Shown piece by piece: positions 18,598-27,425 of a DNA stretch of 64,000 nucleotides. Source of the DNA: Myxococcales bacterium (GTDB lineage: Bacteria; Lernaellota; Lernaellaia; Lernaellales; Lernaellaceae); NCBI GenBank assembly GCA_012517325.1, contig JAAYVF010000132.1:9665-73664 (forward strand), in the 5' to 3' direction. Each line of letters opens with the position of its first letter. Within the stretch, counting starts at the first letter, position 1. A program made the translations under genes and the position numbers. Below the pieces are notes generated by a model that had not been told where the DNA came from, ran no database searches, and saw only the letters and a program-made list of their open reading frames with translations.

Positions 18598-18619
18598 GCC
18601 AAGCCGGCGGCGGCTTGGC
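18598..18619. promoter_or_regulatory. Perfect 9-bp inverted repeat (GCCAAGCCG-gcgg-CGGCTTGGC) in the divergent promoter region between the two radical SAM operons; candidate operator
   Basis: A 22-nt palindrome seen directly in the sequence. It lies centrally in the 154-nt gap between divergently transcribed genes. A TATAAT hexamer sits 5 nt upstream of the 18713 start. Confidence 0.4.
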
Positions 18620-18712
18620 AAGCGGGAAGGCGAAATTGGCTGCCGCAACACGATCAGCCTGGCGACACAAGCGCGGATTCCCGCTTTTTTCCGACTCGCG
18701 CTATAATAAGGC

Positions 18713-19711
18713 ATGATTCCTCTGCCGCGATTCGTCACTTTTCACGTCACCAACCGCTGCAACTGCCGGTGCCGCCATTGCAACATCTGGCAGTTGCCCG
18801 AGCCGCCCGCGCCGGAAACGGAACAGTTTTGCCGCGCCGTAGACGATCTGGCCGACTGGCTCGGCCCGACCGAATTGGTCGTGGCCGGCGGCGAGCCTCT
18901 GCTTTGCCGCCACACGCTGCCGGTGCTCGAACGGGCGGCGCGGCGCGGCCTGCGAGCTTCCCTGGCCACCAACGGCCTGCTGCTCGACGAGGACATCGTG
19001 CGGCGGCTGGCCGCGCTCGGCCTCGAGGCGGTAAACATCAGCCTGGACGGCTTCGACCACACGCACGACCGGATCCGCAACCAACCGGGAGCGTTCGCGC
19101 GAGTGCTGCAAGCCGCCGAGGCGCTGCACCGGGCCGGCATCCGCGTCTGTGCGATCTGCGTGCTCATGGACGACAACCTCGACCAGATCACCGGCCTGGT
19201 CGATTTCCTCGCGCGCGGCGACCTGTTCGACGGCATCTTCTTCCAGGCGATGGCGCTGCCGTTCGGCACGCGCGCGGCCATCCCCGGCTGGTGGCGGGAA
19301 CACCCGCGGTTTCCGCACGACACCGCCCGCGTACGCGCCCTGCTCGACGAATTGCTGGCCATGAAGCGCGGCGGCTGGTTCATCCTCAACGAAGACAACC
19401 AATTCCCGGCGATGCAGGCCTACTTCGCCGCGCCCGATCGCTTCACGCTGGAGCGTTGCGCGGTCGGGGAGATCGGTTTCACGGTGAACGCCGGCGGCGA
19501 CGTGATGCTGTGCAATTACTTGGAACCGATCGGCAACATCGCCCGGGGTTCGCTCCGCGACATCTATTATTCGCCGGAGGCTGAACGACGGCGCCGGGAA
19601 ATGGCGGCCTGCCGGGACAACTGCCATCTGCTGATCAATTGCTGCTTCGATCCGTCACAACTGGTTTTACCTCCCGCGACGGCGGTCGCCACGGACGGCA
19701 GCCATGACTGA
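18713..19711 (+). CDS. Radical SAM protein with a C-terminal SPASM-like Cys-rich domain
   Basis: The N-terminal motif is CNCRCRHC (CxxxCxxC). The C-terminus has CAVGE...MLCNY...CRDNCHLLINCC, typical of SPASM/twitch auxiliary-cluster domains. Confidence 0.7.
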   Translation: MIPLPRFVTFHVTNRCNCRCRHCNIWQLPEPPAPETEQFCRAVDDLADWLGPTELVVAGGEPLLCRHTLPVLERAARRGLRASLATNGLLLDEDIVRRLAALGLEAVNISLDGFDHTHDRIRNQPGAFARVLQAAEALHRAGIRVCAICVLMDDNLDQITGLVDFLARGDLFDGIFFQAMALPFGTRAAIPGWWREHPRFPHDTARVRALLDELLAMKRGGWFILNEDNQFPAMQAYFAAPDRFTLERCAVGEIGFTVNAGGDVMLCNYLEPIGNIARGSLRDIYYSPEAERRRREMAACRDNCHLLINCCFDPSQLVLPPATAVATDGSHD

Positions 19712-20318
19712 GCCGCCGGTGGGGATGCGCCGCCGCACCATTGCCCTGCTGATCGCGATCAATTTCGCCTATCTCTTTTTCTGTTGCTTTTTTCAGCCTC
19801 CCTGGCGTTACGAATACCCGTTCGAACTCATGGGCGACGTCATCGCCTTCGTGCTCTTCGTCGCGGGATACATCCTTTATCTGTTCGTATTCTGGCTGCT
19901 CGGCCGCCGGATGGCCTTTCGCCCGAAGACCCGGCTCATCGGTCATCTGCTGCCCCTGGCGGTGATGACGGCGTTTTTCTTCCGCGATCTGACCGGCATC
20001 GGCGCGTACAACGGCGAACAGGTCATCCCCTCGCCCGATCGGTCACTGACGCTGGAAACCTACATCAATTGGCAGGCGAAGCATCCGACGGCCTGCAAAA
20101 CCTGCGTCGTCCTGCGTGTTAGGGACAAGGACGGCCGTGTTTTGACCGAAATTGATACCCATGCCAGCGATGTCCAGGGTTGGTCGGTCGATTGGCTGGA
20201 CAACGAGCAGATCGATTTTCACAGCAGCGATATCGGCGACACGAAATACCGGCGAGTCAGCGAGCGGGAATGGGCGCCGGTCGACCGCCAATCGCCTCGT
20301 TCCGATTTCAACGAATAG
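19704..20318 (+). CDS. Membrane protein of unknown function (N-terminal TM bundle plus C-terminal soluble domain)
   Basis: It overlaps the upstream stop by 8 nt. There are four hydrophobic helices. No motif I know. Confidence 0.5.
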   Translation: MTEPPVGMRRRTIALLIAINFAYLFFCCFFQPPWRYEYPFELMGDVIAFVLFVAGYILYLFVFWLLGRRMAFRPKTRLIGHLLPLAVMTAFFFRDLTGIGAYNGEQVIPSPDRSLTLETYINWQAKHPTACKTCVVLRVRDKDGRVLTEIDTHASDVQGWSVDWLDNEQIDFHSSDIGDTKYRRVSEREWAPVDRQSPRSDFNE

Positions 20319-20406
20319 AATGCTTTTGTCTCCCCGCGTATCCAAATCCGGTTGTCTGCTTCCGGCCGGCAAGGTATATTGATCGCGACATTTTTCAGGA
20401 GAATTC

Positions 20407-20782
20407 GATGCGCGTCGGCCGGATCATCGGTTTTTCGTTCACCGTGCTTTTTATCCTCCTGGGTTTGATCTTTCTGCTGGCCACGGGCAGCGCGCAGAAC
20501 ACCAACAAGAGCCAGGACCTGACGCTCGGCCTGATCCTCCTGGCGATCGGCATCGGCCTGCTGGTGCTGGTCTTGAAATTTCTGCCCGCGACCAAGGTGG
20601 AACACACGGTCATTCAGCGGGTGGAACTGACCGGAAAAATCGACCTGAACCAGATCAAGTGCCGCAACTGCGGCGGCAGCCTCGCCGCCGAGAGCCTCAA
20701 AATCGCCGGCGACGGAACGGTCGTCGCCTCTTGCCCGTATTGCGGCACCACGTTTCACGTCACGGAGGAACCCAAATGGTAA
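20407..20782 (+). CDS. Small membrane protein with C-terminal zinc-ribbon (CxxC...CxxC)
   Basis: 125 aa. Two TM helices are followed by CRNCGGSL...CPYCGTTFHV. Confidence 0.5.
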
Positions 20783-22380
20783 GCCGACGCGTTTGGCTGC
20801 TGGCCTTCCTCCTGCTGCTGGCCTTCGCGCCCGCCGCCGAAGCCGTAACCTACCTGTTCGAAGTGCCGTCGATGACCATCGACCTCCGGCCGCAGACCGA
20901 CGGCGGTTTGCACGTCCGCTACGACATCGTTTTCAAAAATCTCAGTTCGGACCCGATCGACATCGTCGACATCGGCACCCCCGATAAGAACTTCGCCCTT
21001 GGAACGTTCACCGCGACGCTCAACGGCAAGCCGCTCGGCGAGGTCCGCCCCAGTTCCTACGTCACCGGCGTGGAAGTACCGCTGACCGGCCATGAAATCC
21101 GCACCGGCAAGACCGGCCGGCTGGTCGTCGAATTCACCCACCCCAAAATGGTCTATGCGGACAGCGACGACGACGCCTACACCAGCGTCGAGTTCGGCAA
21201 CACCTACTTCGGCGCCGAATACGCCAAGAGCACCATGGACCTGACGGTGAACTGGCATTTCCCGGACGGCGTGACCGGCAACGAGACCAAGTGGCACGGC
21301 GACGAGCCGACGAGCAAAAAGGTGAGCGGCGACCACATCGTCTTCACCTACGAAAAACCGGCCGCCTCGCCGAGCCAGATGTACAAGTTCGGCATCGGTT
21401 TTCCCGCCCGCGTCATGCAGCCGGGCGCGATCGTCAAGGTGACGTTGCTCGATAGCTGCCTCGGCCTGCTAGCCGCCCTGGTGGGCGCGCTGGCGGGTCT
21501 GATGGCGATGATCTTCCCGATCGCCCTGTTCGCCGTGCCGATCATTCTGCGCCTGGTGCTGCATCGCCGCCGCATGAAGCATTACCTGCCGCCCGCCCTG
21601 GGCATCGAAGGCGCCGGACCGAAACGCGGCCTGACGGCCCCCGAGGCCGCCGTTGTGCTGGAAATGCCGCCCGACCGGGTATTGATGATGATCCTCTTCA
21701 GCCTGATGAAAAAAGGCGCCGTCACCGTTCAATCGACCAAACCGCTGAAGCTCGCCAAGGCCGACGTGATTCCCGACGAACTGCGCCCATACGAAAAAGA
21801 CTTTATCGGCACGATCCGCAAAGACGGCACCCCCGCCGAGGGCAAGCTGCGCGACCTGTTCGTCGATTTCATCAAGGCCGTGAACGCGAAGCTCAAGGGG
21901 TTTTCGCGCAAGGAAACCAAGGCGTTCTATCAAAGCGTCGTCGCCGCGGCCTGGAAACAGGTGGAAGGCGCCGCGACGCCGGAGGTCGGCAACCTCTTCG
22001 CCGACCGGGCGGAATGGCTGGCGATGGACGAGGATTTCGGCCGGAAATCCGATCGTATGTTCCGCGAACGCGAGGTGATCTTCCTGCCGGATTGGTGGCA
22101 TCACGGCTGGGGTTATAGCCGGCCGGTCGCCACGGCTGGCGGCGCGGCGCCCGGGCCGTTCTCCCTGCCCGGCGCGGATTTCGCGCACCAGTTCACTTCG
22201 TCCCTGTCGGCTTTTTCCAGCAACATCGTCGAGTCCATCTCCTCGTTTACCAATTCCAACACGTCCAAAACCAATCCGCCGCCGGTCACGACCAGTTCGG
22301 GCGGACATAGCGGCGGCGGTTGCGCCTGCGCCTGCGCTTGCGCCGGCTGTGCCTGTGCGTGTGCGGGAGGCGGTCGCTAG
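20776..22380 (+). CDS. DUF2207-like membrane protein (signal peptide, extracytoplasmic domain, TM, C-terminal domain) ending in a poly(Cys-Ala) tail
   Basis: The signal peptide is MVSRRVWLLAFLLLLAFAPAAEA. A long hydrophobic TM segment lies near aa 270-305. The C-terminus reads SSGGHSGGGCACACACAGCACACAGGGR. The overall architecture resembles DUF2207 proteins, whose tails are normally Gly/Ser-rich. The start overlaps the upstream stop (ATGGTAA). Confidence 0.55.
   Translation: MVSRRVWLLAFLLLLAFAPAAEAVTYLFEVPSMTIDLRPQTDGGLHVRYDIVFKNLSSDPIDIVDIGTPDKNFALGTFTATLNGKPLGEVRPSSYVTGVEVPLTGHEIRTGKTGRLVVEFTHPKMVYADSDDDAYTSVEFGNTYFGAEYAKSTMDLTVNWHFPDGVTGNETKWHGDEPTSKKVSGDHIVFTYEKPAASPSQMYKFGIGFPARVMQPGAIVKVTLLDSCLGLLAALVGALAGLMAMIFPIALFAVPIILRLVLHRRRMKHYLPPALGIEGAGPKRGLTAPEAAVVLEMPPDRVLMMILFSLMKKGAVTVQSTKPLKLAKADVIPDELRPYEKDFIGTIRKDGTPAEGKLRDLFVDFIKAVNAKLKGFSRKETKAFYQSVVAAAWKQVEGAATPEVGNLFADRAEWLAMDEDFGRKSDRMFREREVIFLPDWWHHGWGYSRPVATAGGAAPGPFSLPGADFAHQFTSSLSAFSSNIVESISSFTNSNTSKTNPPPVTTSSGGHSGGGCACACACAGCACACAGGGR
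22315..22377 (+). repeat. Imperfect hexanucleotide tandem repeat (TGCGCC/TGTGCG units) encoding the Cys-Ala tail
   Basis: tgcgcctgcgcctgcgcttgcgccggctgtgcctgtgcgtgtgcg is seen directly in the sequence. Confidence 0.7.
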
Positions 22381-22423
22381 CATGGGTTTCCCCAAGGCGG
22401 GAAAGCGGTAGGAAATCAAGCGC

Positions 22424-23815
22424 ATGAATTTACGGAAATGGGATCGCGCGGACACGGTCGGCTTGCTCTGCATTGCCGTCGGGTTGGGCGCGAATTTCCT
22501 GGTTCTGCAAAAATTGGTCAGCCCCACCGGCCAGATGCATACCCTCGTCTACAAGATTGCCATCACCGCCTTCGATCTGCTGGCGGTGGCGACGGGCGTT
22601 TTTCTGTTTCGCCGCGATCGCGTCAAGCTGCGAAAAGACAAGCGGCGCGCACTGGCTTTTTCGCTTTCGCTGGTACTTTCCCTCGTCGCGCTGGAGTTGT
22701 TTTTACGGCTCTACGACGACTATTTCCGGCCGCAACCGCCGCACGCCGGCTTCCTGCAAGCGAATCCGCACGGCACGGGCAGCTTTCGATTGATGCCGAA
22801 CACCGAAAAGGAACTGCTGCTCATGGGCCGTAAAAGCGTGGTGCGAATCAACTCGCTCGGCCTGCACGGCCCCGAGGTCCGGCGCGAGCCCGACCCGGGC
22901 CGGCCGCGCGTCGCCTTCGCCGGCGATTCCTTCACCTTCGGTTCGTTCGCCAGCGATTACGAGAAAACCTTCGTCAGCGTGTTCCAGCGAAAAGTGAAGC
23001 CGTCGATCGAAGCGTTGAATTTCGGCGTTTTCGGTTACGGCGTGGACGACATCCGGCTTTACCTGTCCGAGGAAATCCTTTCGTTCCACCCGGACTATCT
23101 CGTGGTCGTGATCTACGCGGGCAACGACTTTTCCGACACCTATCTCGGCTTGAACAAGCGGATCATCAACCCGGACGGGACGCTCGTCTGGAACGAAGCC
23201 TTGCTCGCCGAAAAAATCCCGCCGGAGTGGCGGCACAAGGAAAGCGCCGCCGGTCCGCCGAAGAACAACCGTCTGGGTTTGCGGCTGATCGAGGGCCTGG
23301 AATCGCTTCGCGTCGCCAACCTGCTGATGGACCTGACCTTCCGCTGGAACCAGCGGTTCATCGAAAAATCCGACTTTACCAGGTTCCGCGTACACGACGA
23401 CTTTCAAAGCGCGACGTTCTGGAGCCGCAAGGATTATCCGCCGATCGCCCGGGAAGCCGTCGCGGCCGTTCTGGACGAGCTGGCGCGTATTCAAGCCATT
23501 TGCAACGAACACGGCATCGTCCTGGCCCTCGCCGCGTTGCCCAGCAAGGAACAGGTTTACACGAAGCAACCGGTCGGGGCGGATTATGACATCGCCTATC
23601 CGCAGAAATTTCTCGCCGACTTCGCCGCCGAACGGCGGATTCCATACCTGGATCTGCAACCGATCCTGCGCCGCGCCTACCACGAGGAAGGGAAGTCGCC
23701 GTTCATGAACAACGACTCGCACTTCAACGACACCGGACATCGGCTGGTCGGCAAAGCGCTGGTGCGGTTTTTCCTCGAGGCCGTGCAGCCGTCGCGGCAG
23801 CAGCCCCTGCCCTGA
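22424..23815 (+). CDS. Membrane-anchored SGNH/GDSL-family hydrolase
   Basis: An N-terminal TM region precedes GDSFTFG (the GDS(L) block). There is a conserved Gly/Asn block, and DSHFNDTGH near the C-terminus (the DxxH block). Confidence 0.6.
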   Translation: MNLRKWDRADTVGLLCIAVGLGANFLVLQKLVSPTGQMHTLVYKIAITAFDLLAVATGVFLFRRDRVKLRKDKRRALAFSLSLVLSLVALELFLRLYDDYFRPQPPHAGFLQANPHGTGSFRLMPNTEKELLLMGRKSVVRINSLGLHGPEVRREPDPGRPRVAFAGDSFTFGSFASDYEKTFVSVFQRKVKPSIEALNFGVFGYGVDDIRLYLSEEILSFHPDYLVVVIYAGNDFSDTYLGLNKRIINPDGTLVWNEALLAEKIPPEWRHKESAAGPPKNNRLGLRLIEGLESLRVANLLMDLTFRWNQRFIEKSDFTRFRVHDDFQSATFWSRKDYPPIAREAVAAVLDELARIQAICNEHGIVLALAALPSKEQVYTKQPVGADYDIAYPQKFLADFAAERRIPYLDLQPILRRAYHEEGKSPFMNNDSHFNDTGHRLVGKALVRFFLEAVQPSRQQPLP

Positions 23816-23816
23816 T

Positions 23817-25550
23817 TCAGCGGACGCTCAACAGCAGCAGGCTCGGCCGCTCGTCGTCGTGGAAAATCTTGATCCGCGCTTTTTCGTATTGCCGCGCGGC
23901 GCCCACCTCGTCGGCGGTGCAGGGATTGGGCGCGAAACGCGGGAAATTGGAGGCCGCGACGTGGACGCGCAACTGGTGGCCCTTTTTCACGATGTGGCTG
24001 ATGCCCCACAGGTCGACCTCGATTTCCGTCGGCTTGCCGGGTTCGAGCCAGGCGGGCCGGTCGCCGTTGCGATAACGGGCGCGGGCGATGCCGTCGACCA
24101 GGATGCGCGCCGCCCCGTCATCGTCCACGTCCAGCAGGCTCACGGCGATGTCGACGTCCGGCGTGCTGGCGCTGAACCAGATTTTCGCGCGGATCGGGCC
24201 GGTGATTTCCAGCTCTTCGGTGAACGTCTTGGACGTATAAACCAAAACGTCTTCGCGCCGCCCCTGCTTGGCGACGTCGGCGGGTCCGGCGAAGATGGGC
24301 GGATACAGCGCTCCGCCCAGCGTCGGCACCAGTTGCGCGGGATCGTGGACGAATTGATCGCTAATTTCAGTGCCGGGCTTGGTGCGGCCGAGATCGCCGT
24401 CGCCGATCCGCTGCGCCTGGCCGCCCGAATGCAGGTACCAGCGCTCGACCCGGGCGTTGGGCGGCGGCCAGTCGCCGAGGTTGCGCCATTCGTTGATGCC
24501 CGTGGTGAACACCCGGACGCGCGGCAGGTCGACCTTCCCCTGGCCCATCAGGTAGGCGTCGAACCACTCCAGGTAGATTTTTGAAAACGACAGGAAATCG
24601 GCGTCGGAACCGAAATTGACGCCTTGCAATTTGTGGTTGAAGGAGTGCGCCCACGGGCCCATGATCAACCGGCTTTCACGCCGTGCCAGGCGGCCGCCGT
24701 TGGCGTTTAATTCCTTCCAATCCGCCAGCATGCTGCCGGCGAACAGATCGTACCAGCCGCCGACCATCAGCACCGGCGCATTGACGTTTTCCCAGCGGCC
24801 TTCGCTGCTGGCCGGCCGCCAATAGGCGTCGAACGTATCGTGTTTGATCCAATTCTTGAAGAACGGAATCGATCGGCCGAACCGTTGTTCGGCGTTCATC
24901 AGCGGCGGTTCCCAATTCATGAGGCGTTCGAAATCGATGTTCTCGTTGCTGCGGTGGCCGGCGTTGGCGACGCCCCAACCCATGGCCGTCAGGTACGACA
25001 AGGCGCCCTGGCGGTAGATAATGTCGTAGATGCGGCTGCCGGTGACGGTCGGCGTCAGGGCTTGGACCGATTTTTCGGAGTAAGAGGCGGCTTGCCATTG
25101 CGTGAAGCCGAAGTAGCTCATGCCGAACAAGCCAACCACGTCGTTGTTCCACTTCTGTCGCCTGACCCAGTCGACCGTGTCGGCGCCGTCCGGGCCCTCG
25201 TTGCGGAACGGGTCCCACTCTCCCTCGCTGTCGTAGCGGCCGCGCACGTCCTGAACCACCACCGCGTAGCCGCGCTTGGCGTAGATTTTCGCGAGCACCG
25301 ACTGGCCGGAGCCCTTGCCGTAAGGCGTGCGGATCAGAATGGCGGGGAAAGGCCCCTCGGTTTTCGGCAGATACAGGTCCGTGGCCAGCCGGACGCCGTC
25401 GCGCATCGACGCCATGACCGTGCGCACGTCCTGCAGGTCGTACTCGCCGGGCCGCACGCCGTAAGCCTGGCTGAGAATCGCCGCGCACCCGCCGACGATC
25501 AAGAGAATCCCCAGTGCGAACGCCCAACGCACCAGCGGCAACCGTCGCAT
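23817..25550 (-). CDS. CocE/NonD family hydrolase (S15 X-Pro dipeptidyl-peptidase-like), probable lipoprotein
   Basis: GMSYFG is the GxSxG nucleophile elbow. The N-terminal region is PFPAILIRTPYGKG...VVVQDVRG. The signal ends in a lipobox-like VGGC. It is convergent with the SGNH gene, 1 nt apart. Confidence 0.7.
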   Translation of the reverse strand: MRRLPLVRWAFALGILLIVGGCAAILSQAYGVRPGEYDLQDVRTVMASMRDGVRLATDLYLPKTEGPFPAILIRTPYGKGSGQSVLAKIYAKRGYAVVVQDVRGRYDSEGEWDPFRNEGPDGADTVDWVRRQKWNNDVVGLFGMSYFGFTQWQAASYSEKSVQALTPTVTGSRIYDIIYRQGALSYLTAMGWGVANAGHRSNENIDFERLMNWEPPLMNAEQRFGRSIPFFKNWIKHDTFDAYWRPASSEGRWENVNAPVLMVGGWYDLFAGSMLADWKELNANGGRLARRESRLIMGPWAHSFNHKLQGVNFGSDADFLSFSKIYLEWFDAYLMGQGKVDLPRVRVFTTGINEWRNLGDWPPPNARVERWYLHSGGQAQRIGDGDLGRTKPGTEISDQFVHDPAQLVPTLGGALYPPIFAGPADVAKQGRREDVLVYTSKTFTEELEITGPIRAKIWFSASTPDVDIAVSLLDVDDDGAARILVDGIARARYRNGDRPAWLEPGKPTEIEVDLWGISHIVKKGHQLRVHVAASNFPRFAPNPCTADEVGAARQYEKARIKIFHDDERPSLLLLSVR

Positions 25551-25708
25551 CCCGTTTCTCCTTCGCCGTGATTATCCGTGGCTTCGCTTAAGTATGCTCA
25601 CTTTTTTCGTTTTGCGAAGGGGCGCCAAGCCTCTTTGAATATTGGTTCAAAACCGATTATATTAAAGGGTCTTGGTTGGTTGCGGATCCCAAATTCAGGA
25701 GGTTTCTC

Positions 25709-27325
25709 ATGTCTTGCTGCCGATTCTTTCTTCCCCTGCTCTTGGCCGTGCTCTTGATCGGTTTCGCCCTTACGGCCTGCGGCGACGATGACGACGACAA
25801 CGACAACGACAACGACAACTCGCCGGTCGACGACGATACCGGCGGCGCGGACGATGACGACGACGATAACGACGACAACGACGATAACGACGATAACGAT
25901 GACAACGACGATAATGACGACAACGACGACAATGACGACAACGACGACAATGACGACGTGACGCCCGACGACTACCTCGCGCCCTGGCCGCAGGACGCGC
26001 TGGAGCCGCGGGACTACGACGAAACGCCGACCGCCGGCGATCTCCGCGTCAAAGCGGAGGAATACGACGCTTGGCATCTGGCCTGGCATCAGCCCGACAA
26101 GGGCGGCACCGTCGAAACGACCTTTGCCGACGACACCTGGACCACTCCGGTGGGTTACGGCGGTTGGGGCGACAGCACCATCTGGACCGGCACCTACCTG
26201 GGCAGCCAGGCGCTGCGCTACTACGTGACCGGCGACGCCCAGGCCAAGCAAAACGCAATCAACATGGTGCACACGCTTTCCGGCCACCTGCACGTGACCG
26301 GCGTGACCGGCTTCATCGCCCGCTATTGGGGCTCGCAAACCTCGCTGATCTATCAGGGCGACGAATGGTGCGACAACCCCGATACCCGCTGCCACCACAT
26401 CGAGGACGGCGAATTCGCCGGCGACTTCTGGTGGGGCGAAACGAGCCGCGACCAGTACACCGGTTGGTTCTTCGGCATGACGATGGCGTATGACCTGGTC
26501 GACGACGAGGACATGCGGCAGATCATCCGCGACGACATCGCCGAGGTGCTGCTCACCCTGCGCGACCAGAACTGGCGCATCCTCAACGAAAACGGCCAGC
26601 CGACCGACGCCGCGCCGCAAATCCTGCCGCCTTTCCGGGTGTCCTGGCTGATGGCGGGCTATCACATCACCGGCAACGAGGAAACCAAAACCGAATTGCA
26701 GAAATGGCTGCTCGACAGCAGCCGGACCTCGATCCGCCTCGCGACCATCAACTTCATGAACCAATACGCGCAGTATTACGGCAACAATCTCAGCCACACG
26801 AACTGGTATACGTTCCTGCGCCTGGCACGCGTCTACCTGAGCGATGACGACTACCTGTGGTACCGCGACTACTTCTCCACCCACGAACATTCCTACACGC
26901 GGCTGTCGCACAACGCCTGGTTCGAGGGCATCTACATGAGCCAGGGCGACTACACGCCCGCGGCGAAGGACGATCCCTATTACGACCAGGTGCTGCAGGA
27001 TTTGACCGAATTCCAGGACGCGCCGAATTTCGGCTTTTACCGCCCCGAGCAAACCGGCGTGACGCTGGATCCGGTTTCGGTCTTCCTCTACAATCTGGAG
27101 CAGCAGTTCCCCTTCATCAGCGACCTGATCGGCACCATCAATCCGCAGGCGCTGGAAGCCTTCCCGGTGCCGCTGCAATGCTCGGAGGACTTCCTCTGGC
27201 AGCGCAATCCCTTCGTGGTCGGGGCTTGCGGCGCGGACCAGCCGGAACACGTCAATCCGGGCGTCGATTACCTCGTGGCCTATTGGCTGGCGAGCTACCA
27301 CAAATTCATCACCAAGGACATGTAA
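25709..27325 (+). CDS. Lipoprotein with a long Asp/Asn-rich low-complexity linker and a C-terminal domain I could not assign
   Basis: AGGAGG lies 6 nt upstream of the ATG. The signal/lipobox is LLLAVLLIGFALTAC. It is followed by GDDDDDNDNDNDN...DDNDDNDDNDDNDD. Confidence 0.6.
   Translation: MSCCRFFLPLLLAVLLIGFALTACGDDDDDNDNDNDNSPVDDDTGGADDDDDDNDDNDDNDDNDDNDDNDDNDDNDDNDDNDDVTPDDYLAPWPQDALEPRDYDETPTAGDLRVKAEEYDAWHLAWHQPDKGGTVETTFADDTWTTPVGYGGWGDSTIWTGTYLGSQALRYYVTGDAQAKQNAINMVHTLSGHLHVTGVTGFIARYWGSQTSLIYQGDEWCDNPDTRCHHIEDGEFAGDFWWGETSRDQYTGWFFGMTMAYDLVDDEDMRQIIRDDIAEVLLTLRDQNWRILNENGQPTDAAPQILPPFRVSWLMAGYHITGNEETKTELQKWLLDSSRTSIRLATINFMNQYAQYYGNNLSHTNWYTFLRLARVYLSDDDYLWYRDYFSTHEHSYTRLSHNAWFEGIYMSQGDYTPAAKDDPYYDQVLQDLTEFQDAPNFGFYRPEQTGVTLDPVSVFLYNLEQQFPFISDLIGTINPQALEAFPVPLQCSEDFLWQRNPFVVGACGADQPEHVNPGVDYLVAYWLASYHKFITKDM
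25786..25960 (+). repeat. In-frame 9-nt (GACGAYAAY-type) tandem repeats encoding the Asp/Asn linker
   Basis: Seen directly: repeated gacgataac and gacgacaac units. They are coding, not a CRISPR array. Confidence 0.7.
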
Positions 27326-27345
27326 CGACATCCGCGATGCGCACG

Positions 27346-27376
27346 GCGGCCGGGCCGGGCCCGGCCGCTTTTTTTT
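27346..27376 (+). terminator. Intrinsic terminator after the lipoprotein gene
   Basis: A 9-bp stem GCGGCCGGG / CCCGGCCGC with loop CCGGG is followed by TTTTTTTT. Confidence 0.65.
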
Positions 27377-27425
27377 CGCCCGGCGACTCCCCCGGCCTCG
27401 GGAAACCGTGTAAGCTCGCCGAACG

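Noticed and set aside
20219-21336. Minus-strand ORFs (20219..20758, 20755..21336) opposite the zinc-ribbon and DUF2207-like genes
   Set aside because: They are antisense to plus-strand genes that have signal peptides, TM helices and coupled start/stop overlaps.
25786-25960. Possible CRISPR-like or other repeat array
   Set aside because: The repeats are 9-nt in-frame units inside a lipoprotein ORF encoding Asp/Asn. There are no spacers. It is not a CRISPR array. No CRISPR array was seen anywhere in the window.
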